Assembly: GCA_043228905.1 (NCBI GenBank)
Contig: JBHGNT010001411.1
Location: 1-8,855 of the forward strand
DNA length: 8,855 nt
Reading direction: 5' to 3'
Origin: Azolla caroliniana
Taxonomy: Eukaryota; Plantae; Polypodiophyta
The position numbers and the translations under genes were made by a program. This document shows positions 1 to 8,027 of this stretch, piece by piece. Within the stretch, counting starts at the first letter, position 1, and every line of letters begins with the position of its first letter. The notes below the pieces were generated by a model that did not search any database, was not told where the DNA came from, and saw only the letters and a list, made by a program, of their open reading frames with translations.

Positions 1-35
1 ATGAGTCGAATGGGCTAGATCAAGCTACCAAATCA

Positions 36-46
36 CTCTGATACCA
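36..46 (-). other. Primer-binding site (tRNA-iMet) of an LTR retrotransposon
   Basis: The minus strand reads TGGTATCAGAG immediately after the ...TTTACA LTR end. This is the plant initiator-Met tRNA PBS consensus TGGTATCAGAGC, matching 11 nt. Confidence 0.88.
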
Positions 47-420
47 TGTAAAGCATCGAGTATGATTCTTGTAGAGCGGAATAGGTGAGAGATATGTGTG
101 AGTGTATGAGAGAGAGAGAGAGAAAGACACACAGAATACGCAAGGTTAAGTATGTTAACAAAGGAGAAAGACTCAACGCTATACAAGGTGGGAGGAGGGT
201 GCTTTATATAGTCACCCTCTCTCTTCATTAACTACAAGACTCATGGAGCATGGGGAATGTGAAAGCTCATAAGTTATGTGTCATAAAATATGATTCTATG
301 ACTCATACTAAATGCTAGAATACAAAGTGGTGACTTAATGGTGACTGTTGACTGTTGGAGAGTCTATTCACTCTCAATGTGAGTTCACACACTAGACCAA
401 GTTGAGCTTGATTCTCAACA
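47..420 (-). mobile_element. 5' LTR (374 bp) of an LTR retrotransposon, probably Ty1/copia; the internal region lies left of the window
   Basis: The minus strand begins TGTTGAGAAT (420) and ends GCTTTACA (47), giving TG...CA termini. It has an internal TATA (CTATATAAAG, 211-202), a CT-rich tract downstream of it, and the PBS directly after. Composition switches to coding-like sequence at 421. The superfamily call is an inference from the short LTR and Met PBS. Confidence 0.8.
108..123. repeat. (GA)8 microsatellite inside the LTR
   Basis: gagagagagagagaga read directly from the sequence. Confidence 0.9.
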
Positions 421-1330
421 TGGTCTTACCGGCTCCTCCTCCTTTTCTGGCTCAACCGGCCTTAGCGTCTCCTGGTTCTGCTATCCGGTTGCTCATGTTC
501 TTGCGGATGACCTTCCTCTAGTGGCTCCTCTTGAGCACTATCTGGTTGGCTTCCCCCGGGCTTAACCGGCGTTTGCTCTGAAGATGGCTCCTTGTCACTT
601 ATGCTAAGCGCTGCAGTTCTCTGGGCCACGTCTTGCCGTCTCTGTTCCCGTTCGTACTTCTCAAAATAGAGTTGCATGTCCAACTGGTCATCATCCAGTT
701 GGTCCACCAACTGGCATATCGCCACCCTCTGCTCATAAGCCAAGGATATAAAATCATCCGACAGTTCATCTTTTATGGCTTCAATGCCTTCTTTATCCAA
801 GATGTAGACTGCGTCGCCCTCTTTCTGCTAGTTTTCCGCGTCTGCCCGCAGCACTGTAGCTGTGCTGCCTGCTTAGCCCACTTTGACCACCATTGTACTG
901 AGCTTTCTTCCACCAATTGCTTCGTTCGATTCCTCCATGCCAGTATGATGTCCCGGATCTACCCCAGCCCTATCTTCGACTTGTTTTCCGCGACCTGTTT
1001 TTCGTCCTTCAATTGTTTGATCAGGCTCGCGGTTACCACTTCTTGGGTTCTGTAGTGCATGAGTTGGGTCTGATATGTTGTTTGAACTCTATTCAGAGCC
1101 ATTGTAGCGCGCTCCGTTTCCGCATGGTGTTGTACTTACAGGTCCAGTCACTCTTTCGTTGTTGCCGCCAGTTGTTTCGCTTGTTCGGCCCCCTTCAACT
1201 GCTCTTCCATCAATGCCGCCGTCAACCGGTTAACTTCCTCCCGGAGTTCTCTGTAGTTTTCCTGCTGCCGGTCACTGTCGGTAGTCAACTTCTTATGATC
1301 GGCATCGAAATGCTTATAATCCCAGTGAAG
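421..1330 (-). pseudogene. Decayed coiled-coil/acidic ORF, probably TE-derived, truncated by the LTR insertion
   Basis: Manual minus-strand translation across frames gives continuous helical-looking protein: DYKHFDADHKKLTTDSDRQQENYRELREEVNRLTAALMEEQLK / AEQAKQLAATTKE*LDL*VQHHAETERATMALNRVQ...KIGLG*IRDIILAW... / VLRADAEN*QKEGDAVYILDKEGIEAIKDELSDD... / QNQETLRPVEPEKEEEPVRP. It has several stops and about 3 frameshifts. ORF 462..800 is one fragment. No family recognised. Confidence 0.55.
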
Positions 1331-1446
1331 TCAGTCAAAGTCATCGGTTTTCTATTTGAGCTTTTGATTTATAAGCCGGCGAGCGTGTTGTCCACCGGAA
1401 TAGTAACCGACGAACAAGAGCACAGTAATATGGAATAGAATAATAT

Positions 1447-1909
1447 TGTAACGCATGTAAATGGTTCACGCGGGAATGGCTAAAAGACCCTACGTATATA
1501 AAGGGCAAAAAACCTCTGATAGACGTAGCGTGTAATTTTGAATGTAAAAGGCGGATCTTAATAGAGTTCTATCTTCTCTGATATCTGTGCATATCTTTGG
1601 TTAATCTACTGTGTGTCTATAATCCTTAAGAGCGTAGGCATGAGTAACGGTGAGTGCACTAGCCCACTGTCTAAGGAGCTCAGTTGTAGCCGTCTCCCTT
1701 ATACGTTGCTAGGTTACGGGAGGTATCCCACTAAGTATTACGCACAGACACTACCATTCGTTGTCACACAGTCACTTTGAGGTCTAGGTCGAAGGATTGA
1801 CCATAGACTGTGTTCCTAATCGGTAAACACGTTCGCGTTCACAAGTGGAAGGATTGCGCATTCCACTTGTAGAATCTTCTTAAAACGAAGCAAATACACC
1901 CTCTCTACA
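1447..1909 (+). mobile_element. Possible LTR or LTR remnant of an older retroelement
   Basis: Bounded by TGTA...TACA, with TATATAAA near 1496 and an end reading CACCCTCTCTACA. No matching TSD (aatat vs ataat), PBS or clear PPT was found, so the boundaries are uncertain. Confidence 0.25.
1841..1870. other. Perfect stem-loop with a 10-bp stem and 10-nt loop
   Basis: ACAAGTGGAA-ggattgcgca-TTCCACTTGT. Confidence 0.8.
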
Positions 1910-2204
1910 ATAATTGGATGCACTAGTATCACATGTTCCTCAACTTGATAAGAATTTGCAAATATAAAAATACATGATAGATCTACGAGTGGAGATCATT
2001 AGAAATCATGCAAGTTTAGACATGTTGATAAGTTAATGTATCTAAATAAAGTTCAACTATGGCTCAATATGGCACTATTGTGCGACAAGGGAAACACTAA
2101 CTTAAAGACTTATATTAATTAGGTAGGTTTTACAAAATTATGAGGTGTACTTGTATCCATACTAATAAAATGAGATATAATTTATACTTTGACCCATACG
2201 TGCA

Positions 2205-2480
2205 TGTATGTAATTGTCGAAAATGTAGGATAGTGCACATTAGGATAAGTGATTGGAATAACTAACTTATTAAAGTATTCAATACTTATATTAAAAGTTG
2301 ATCTAATCTATTCCTCAGTTTGTTCATATGGGATCAAACCATATGTGTATATAATTGTGCACAATGTAAGGCAGTGAACTTTAGGATAATGTCGTGGAAA
2401 TAACAAACCTATTAGGCTTTCATACCTATATTTAAAATTGATCTACTCTATTGCTTAGGTGATTCACACAAGATCAAACT
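2205..2480. repeat. Diverged tandem duplication with a period of about 140 bp
   Basis: Colinear anchors taattgt, aatgta, ttaggataa, ttgatcta (2298 and 2438) and gatcaaac recur about 140 bp apart. Confidence 0.75.
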
Positions 2481-2873
2481 CCGAACGATAACGCAACTGG
2501 AACCATTATCAACACACTACACAATCTAAGCAGCAATGGAATAGAAACTAGACCTGTTTTAACAATATAAGACAAAGATCCATAATCACAACATGGACAG
2601 TCATGGCAATAATTATAGGGCCATGTTCTGTTAAGGTTAGCTTGGACCAAAATCAGCCTCTATTTAAGCTAGTTCATGTTTCTCCATAAGTTTGGTAGTC
2701 AGCTATGCACGCGGTGAAACCAATATCATAAATCTACTAATGAGGTATATAAAAATAAAATTGAAACATATAGATGATTATAAAGAATAGAATCCACTAG
2801 GTAAAACCCAAAATTTGTATTAATAATGTGAAATCTTAACAAATCGTCAGTGTCATATTCTTTATAGAGTCTA

Positions 2874-3226
2874 TTACATAGCAATCAATTCATCTACGTC
2901 ATTTTCTTCATCATCTTGTGTAGAACTGTCTTCGGCTATACGTGCATTGGTTTCCCCTGTTAGCCGGGCCAACGAAATATCTTCTATAAGCTCATCATCA
3001 AGCTCTATTAGCTCTCCCGGTTCACCGGCTAACGGAGGAATAGGCTCTCGCGAAGCGGGTTGAAACCTTTCTGTATTGGCGAGGTTCTTTGCACCGACCT
3101 CCTCATCCTGGTCTGGGCACTCCCACAAAGCCTTAATCCGCATATTAATAAATATAACTTGGTCCTCGTCCTTCTCCAATGCAACTGTATTCCTAAACAG
3201 CTTCAATGCACATGCTGACGTAGTTC
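2874..3226 (-). CDS. Exon 6: end of the SAM-binding region plus acidic tail
   Basis: Acceptor CATCATAG|GA completes the split Gly. It reads GTTSACALKLFRNTVALEKD...DEENDVDELIAM* in the frame of ORF 2874..3206. Confidence 0.88.
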
Positions 3227-6200
3227 CTATGATGTAAGTAACAAGAAGATTTAGTTGTCAAACGAAAAAAGTGATTGGTTATCTCAAGATCGTTACCCTA
3301 GTTCGAGGAATACCTGTGCCAGAAAAGAGATCTAATATCCAGTCTCCTTCGACAGAAAACATCTCGATTAAGCGCATCATAAGTCGTTGAGGTTTTTGGT
3401 ATGGGTTGACAAGTCCCCGTTCTGTCGTGGTGACATGTCGCAATTTCCGAGTCACTGCTGGATATACCAACAGATTTGAACCTCCCACTTCATTAGAATG
3501 CTCTTTGATTCTCTGTTTTTTAATTTCATCGAAGTAGCCAACCGTTATGTATTCAATGGCATTAACGAATCGAAAAGTTGGCCCTCTATTTACATTGGTC
3601 TTGATCCTATAAAAAATAATTCATCGAGTTAAAAATAGATTCAACAACCTTAAGAATTGCAATATAATGAAAGACACCTATAAATAATCCTTACCATGCA
3701 AGGTTCTCGATGCCATGGCAACGAGATCTCAAAGCTTGAGCTACCGAGTACCCTTGGTCCATACTATGAAAGACAACTATTCGCCACAAGGATGCGGTCG
3801 TTAGCTCAGCGAAATCCTTGACCATCTTCTCCAATTGTTTAAACCTAAACGGTTCATCGTCGTATGATGACCCAGCCATTCGAAATCCGTAAGGAATATC
3901 CGCAATCATTAGCGTATATTCCTTCTTTGGCACCTTCTGGATCAAGTCGATGACATCACCGCAAACCAGATTGTAGTAAAGATCTCTCGTAATATCTTTC
4001 TTGTGGCTAAATTTTTTAAACGAGCCATCTTCCTCCATTTCGTACGCCTTGACTAAGCGACGATCCTTTTCTTTTCTGGCTCGCTCGAGATGTGCAAGGA
4101 AGGATGTAGGGAAATCGTGTATATCCTTAACTTCTCCTTGTTTCTTGCCTCGACACGGTTTCTAATAGAAGCAATAGGACATCAGGTATTATTACGCAAC
4201 CTCTACATATGATGAAAGGGTAATGAAAAAATATCAATACTAACCCAATCCTTGAATGCAATAAAATACTCTGATAACGCCTTATACGAAGACGTTAGAG
4301 GATAATCCTCGGTCACTTGTTCCCAAGTTATACATCCAAGTTGTTTCATCATTACTTCTTGGATCTTCATGTACACCTTATGACTGTAAAATTAGAAATC
4401 AAGATTAGAACTTTGAATTACACCAGATAGACTACAATTTCAGTATTTGAAAGACTTACTTATTGAACTCGGTGACCATTTCTTCAAGGCTTAAATCTTT
4501 CGCCACAACCCTTGACAAAACGGACACAAGAAGCTGCTCGTCCTTAATACCTTGCATCGCTCTCCATAGAGACAGCTTCATGTCGTCTGCCGCTTCTTCA
4601 ATTGTCAAGTCAATTCTCTTGGCGGCTTGTGACTTTAATTCTAGTTGAGGGTCAACCCTACATTTCTTTTGTCGTTGACCCTTTACCTCCTTATTCTCCC
4701 ACATTGAGAAGATTTGATCTTGGAGGTCCCATACTTCTCCATCTCTAAACGCCAATTGAAACCAAGATTCATACTTTCGAAGACCATCGGACCTAACATT
4801 ATCATCTACCACAATGCCGACTTCATGCAGACATTGACGTCGAAGGCCTGGATGTAACTTCACACCAAACTTTTGTTTCACATCTAAATACTCGTGGTGG
4901 AAGAACCGGATACGCTCAATAGACGACATTTTCTGCCTATAGTCATTATCATTATTATGGTCCCATGCCAACAGCTTAGCCTCTTCGGTTGTGAGCCCAA
5001 CATATATTTTGCACTCGGCATACTTGAAGAAGAAAGTGGTTGGATGTTCTCTGACAAGTTGTCGACGTGCCTCTGCTGAATGCGATCCACCAATGACAAA
5101 ATAATTATATTGATCATGCTTTCTGATATCAAAATCTTCAATGGTTTCACATTCTTCAGGATCCACCATAACAATAAAAGGCACCACTGTGGCATGAGGA
5201 TTAATTTTCATTTTTTTCTTGAGATTTTGAACATGCATGCGATGAGGCTCTCTAATCTCAAGTGGTCTTCGACCTGTTTTTTCATCAATAGGGGGCCGAT
5301 GGATGTGTGTTATAGGCAAATTAAATACTTGCCCTTTCCTGACCAGCTTCCGTTGCATTAACTCTCTTCTTATTTTATTCTACTCGGATGACAAAACACC
5401 CGAGGCCAGCTCGGCTCCTGGCGTCCCCTTATTATCCTCTTCTTCATTGTCACTTGTCGAATCCGTATCCGACATTTTCGTTGTCTTCTTCTTGGCTGGT
5501 CTTGACTGGACTTTGGATACCTTTTTAGTGGCCTTCAAGTGGGAGGGCTCTTCATCTCGTAGAGTTACATGGCCTTGTATATAAGGCCTCAAGGTAACAA
5601 TCAGGTTTTGTGAGTTATCAAGTGCTTTTTTGAACACTTCAGGCCCACAAGATTCCTTTACTAAAAGGTCTTCTGAAAGGAACACTTTGCGTACCCCCTT
5701 GGAGCACTCTATCATTACCAGTATGTTGGCCGAATCTGCATCTTCGTAGTCAAATCGTAGAATTCGGCCATACATAAATGGAGTTTCTTTTCCTAGCTGC
5801 CCCTCACCCTTCTTCTTTGCTGTATACAATACGACTTTTTTCTTTGAGTCGACATATTGCATACACCATTCCTTGTCCGTTAGATCTCGGTCAGGAAGGT
5901 CTTCGCCTCCAGTAGCGGCGACAATTTTCTTTTGGCTTACATCACTATGGGGCTGAGATTTTGTCTCTTCGTTAAATAGAAGCTTTTTTCCTCTCTTTAT
6001 GGTCTCCGGAGTTACCTTGGTCTGGGCTTCGATTGGAGAACCTTGTATGCGAAGCTTAATTTTCTTCACGGGTCGGTCTGACAGATTCTCAAACGACCTA
6101 TTTAAGAAAGTATATGCAAAAACATAAGTTAGACAGTTACGTAGATTGAAGTTGTTATTATAATGAAGAACAGTTTCTAGGAGCAGTAACATATTCAAAA

Positions 6201-7204
6201 ATCTATTCTAGGCAGGGCTACTCAACCTAGAAAATATATATCGTAATAAGTAAAACGGGTTATATATTCTTTTAAATAGTAGATATGACTTATATAGATT
6301 CTAAACCTATATTGATGAGAATTTGCCATAGTGAATGCAATTTGTAGATCATTTTCTACTATTTTAAGCTAAAGTAGGTCAAAAAACACCTATAATTAGA
6401 GCTTGTATTTGTTTAGAAGTAAGTAAACTCAACATAAAAAGACTGATTTTGACAGACAATTTGATAACATTTCCACCCCGTAAACGATTTTTCTCTCTCA
6501 AAGGCTACACTTTAAACACGAACTCGATACGCCGTATCGAGTTCGTGTTTAAAGTTTGAATTTTAAACACGAACTCGATACGAACTCGATACGGCGTATC
6601 GAGTTCGTGTTTAAAACCTATACTTTAAACACGAACTCGATACGCCGTATCGAGTTCGTGTTTAAAACCTGTACTTTAAACACGAACTCGATACGGCGTA
6701 TCGAGTTCGTGTTTAAAACCTATACTTTAAACACGAACTCGATACGCCGTATCGAGTTCGTGTTTAAAAGGTAAGTTTTAAACACGAACTCGATACGGCG
6801 TATCGAGTTCGTGTTTAAAAGGTAAGTTTTAAACACGAACTCGATACGGCGTATCGAGTTCGTGTTTAAAACCTACACTTTAAACACGAACTCGATACGG
6901 CGTATCGAGTTCGTGTTTAAAACCTACACTATGAACACGAACTCGATACGGCGTATCGAGTTCATGTTTACAATACAAATATTTACACACGAACTCGATA
7001 CGCCGTATCGAGTTCATGTTTACAATACAAATATTTACACACGAACTCGATACGCCGTATCGAGTTCGTGTATAAATATTTGTATTGTATACATGAACTC
7101 GATACGCCGTATCGAGTTCTTGGGAAACGAAACATATTTACAAAATTGTCCACAGTGTCAGAGGCCTACCTGGACTCCTCGCGCTCGACTCTCTTGGAAG
7201 ACAT
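2874..7204 (-). CDS. Six-exon gene encoding a ParB/Srx-like domain fused to a beta-class N6-adenine/N4-cytosine DNA methyltransferase; one in-frame stop, so possibly a pseudogenised copy
   Basis: Exons are 7204-7170, 6097-4460, 4383-4245, 4161-3695, 3606-3314 and 3226-2874 (2925 nt, 975 codons). All five introns are GT-AG and phase-compatible (1072, 76, 83, 88 and 87 nt). The protein begins MSSKRVEREESRSFENLSD. ParB-like region: VFNLPITHIHRP...IREPHRMHVQNLKKKM...PFIVMVD...YFVIGGSHSAEARRQL. MTase motifs: LVCGDVIDLI, MIADIPYG (motif IV), AWIKTN, NPYQKPQRLMMRLIEMFS, WILDLFSGTGTTSACALKLFRNTVALEKD (motif I onward). TAG at codon 251. Confidence 0.85.
3314..3606 (-). CDS. Exon 5: MTase WxK, QKP and motif I (DLFSGT)
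   Basis: Acceptor TTTTTTATAG|G and donor ACAG|GTATTC. Open frame WIKTNVNRGPTFRFVNAIEYITVGY...NPYQKP...DLFSGT. Confidence 0.88.
3695..4161 (-). CDS. Exon 4: MTase catalytic motif IV (DIPY, 3900-3889)
   Basis: Acceptor TTCTATTAG|AAA and donor TG|GTAAGG. Frame of ORF 3691..4038 extended upstream (KPCRGKKQGEVKD...). Confidence 0.88.
4245..4383 (-). CDS. Exon 3: linker, absent from the ORF track
   Basis: Acceptor TTTTACAG|T and donor TGG|GTTAGT. Reads HKVYMKIQEVMMKQLGCITWEQVTEDYPLTSSYKALSEYFIAFKDW. The 139-nt length fits the phases on both sides. Confidence 0.8.
4460..6097 (-). CDS. Exon 2: N-terminal region, ParB-like domain and helical region; internal TAG at 5382-5380
   Basis: Acceptor TTTCTTAAATAG|G and donor AA|GTAAGT. 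ORFs 5380..6198 and 4456..5358 are in the same frame, separated only by TAG followed by NKIRREL. Confidence 0.82.
6511..7119. repeat. Array of 12 palindromic 43-bp units (TTTAAACACGAACTCGATACG-[C/G]-CGTATCGAGTTCGTGTTTAAA) with 8-9 nt linkers, inside intron 1
   Basis: Units start at 6511, 6562 (with an 11-bp internal duplication), 6624, 6675, 6726, 6777, 6828, 6879, 6930, 6982, 7034 and 7086 (truncated). Linkers are gtttgaat, acctatac, acctgtac, acctatac, aggtaagt x2, acctacac x2, atacaaata x2 and tatttgtat. Confidence 0.97.
7170..7204 (-). CDS. Exon 1 coding part (MSSKRVEREES-R)
   Basis: Start context CAACC-ATG-TCT. The donor CAG|GTAGGC is phase 2 and matches the acceptor at 6098. It lies about 145 nt downstream of a TATA box. 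Confidence 0.7.
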
Positions 7205-7251
7205 GGTTGATTGTGTTGTGTGGAGGCGGAGATCGCGCTTTCGTGCTTTGT

Positions 7252-7320
7252 GCCTTGAGTGCTCTGTGTGCTCTGTGTGCTCTGTATGCTCTGAGTGCTC
7301 TGTACGCTCTGTACGCTCTG
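7252..7320. repeat. 9-bp minisatellite (GCTCTGnnn, 7-8 copies) in the predicted 5' UTR of the MTase gene
   Basis: gctctgtgt gctctgtgt gctctgtat gctctgagt gctctgtac gctctgtac gctctg. Confidence 0.9.
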
Positions 7321-7344
7321 GTGAGTGAAATATGATGAGGTCTT

Positions 7345-7357
7345 CCTATTTATAGGG
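7345..7357 (-). promoter_or_regulatory. TATA box of the ParB-MTase gene
   Basis: The minus strand reads CCCTATAAATAGG, the canonical plant TATA context. Initiator-like TTTCACTCAC follows about 25-30 nt downstream. Confidence 0.65.
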
Positions 7358-7945
7358 ATTGAACCCATGGTTAAAGTAACCATAGTCATCTTAACCAATG
7401 TTGGTAACTTTGAGGATAGTTAGTTTGTAACCATAGTCACATTAACTATAGTAACTTATGATTGTATTAATGATTACAAAGTCAAACTAATATATTGATC
7501 AATCTTTTATACTCATAACAACCTACAATCACTTCAAAGGTTATGAAGGAGACAATGATAGAGGTTCATGAATGTACCAATGATTGATTACTAAAAGCAA
7601 AAATTTTTATGACTCTCAATAGTTATGTATTAAAGATGTGGGCATGAATAAACCAATGATTGATAAGTCTAATATTTAAAATGGTGAGCCTTAAAGAATC
7701 AATGAGTGAGACGTTCTATATCAAAATGGGTGTCATTAATTAGCCAATGATTTTAACATTAATCCAACATATTCAAGGCTTGTTAATGATTAGTTTTATA
7801 TTTTACTTGATTTAACATCATTTAGATCTAGTTTATATAATGATTGATAATTTAAGTTAAATTACTTTATTAAAAATAATTTTTAGATGTATTGTATTTT
7901 TATAGAATATTACATAATATAGACATTCTATTGATTTGGCTTTTG

Positions 7946-8008
7946 TTTAGAGAGAAGTTTATGTTTAGGGAGGAGTATATGGTTAGAGAGGAGTATAACT
8001 TAGAGAGC
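7946..8008 (+). repeat. Degenerate repeat of about 18 bp (TTAGAGAGGAGTATA-like, 3-4 copies) just upstream of the 8028 ATG
   Basis: tttagagagaagtttatg / tttagggaggagtatatg / gttagagaggagtataac / ttagagag. Confidence 0.7.
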
Positions 8009-8027
8009 CCTATCTAGACCTTAAGCC

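Noticed and set aside
25-228. 67-aa ORF
   Set aside because: It runs through the LTR, the microsatellite and the PBS, so it is non-coding.
633-1438. Plus-strand ORFs 633..1055 and 917..1438
   Set aside because: Their L/F/V-rich composition is typical of the antisense of an E/K/Q-rich coiled-coil ORF on the minus strand.
1841-1935. Helitron 3' end (hairpin) or CACTA terminus (CACTAGT at 1921)
   Set aside because: There is no CTRR at the expected distance from the hairpin. The CACTA match is only a few bases, without typical TIR continuation or a partner end in the window.
2874-5358. Bacterial or phage restriction-modification operon, or contamination
   Set aside because: The ORF fragments join through phase-correct GT-AG introns that split conserved motifs. 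No endonuclease gene is seen and plant-type LTR sequence is adjacent.
4463-5584. Small overlapping ORFs (4463..4648, 4884..5195, 4894..5079, 5080..5361, 5303..5584)
   Set aside because: They are antisense or off-frame shadows of exon 2 with no recognisable motifs.
6098-6198. N-terminus MNMLLLLETV... of ORF 5380..6198
   Set aside because: It starts at TTG in AT-rich sequence upstream of a good splice acceptor at 6098, so it is read as intron.
6769-6827. AGGTAAGT linkers as functional splice donors
   Set aside because: They match the donor consensus only on the plus strand, where no transcript is predicted.
6511-7119. CRISPR array
   Set aside because: The linkers are only 8-9 nt and are repeated rather than unique. 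The units are full-length palindromes, no cas genes are present, and the context is a eukaryotic intron.
6556-7398. ORFs 6556..6774, 6862..7335, 7068..7328 and 7138..7398 as proteins
   Set aside because: They are translations of the 51-bp and 9-bp repeats, whose periods are multiples of 3. The plausible coding piece is 7204-7170 in a different frame.
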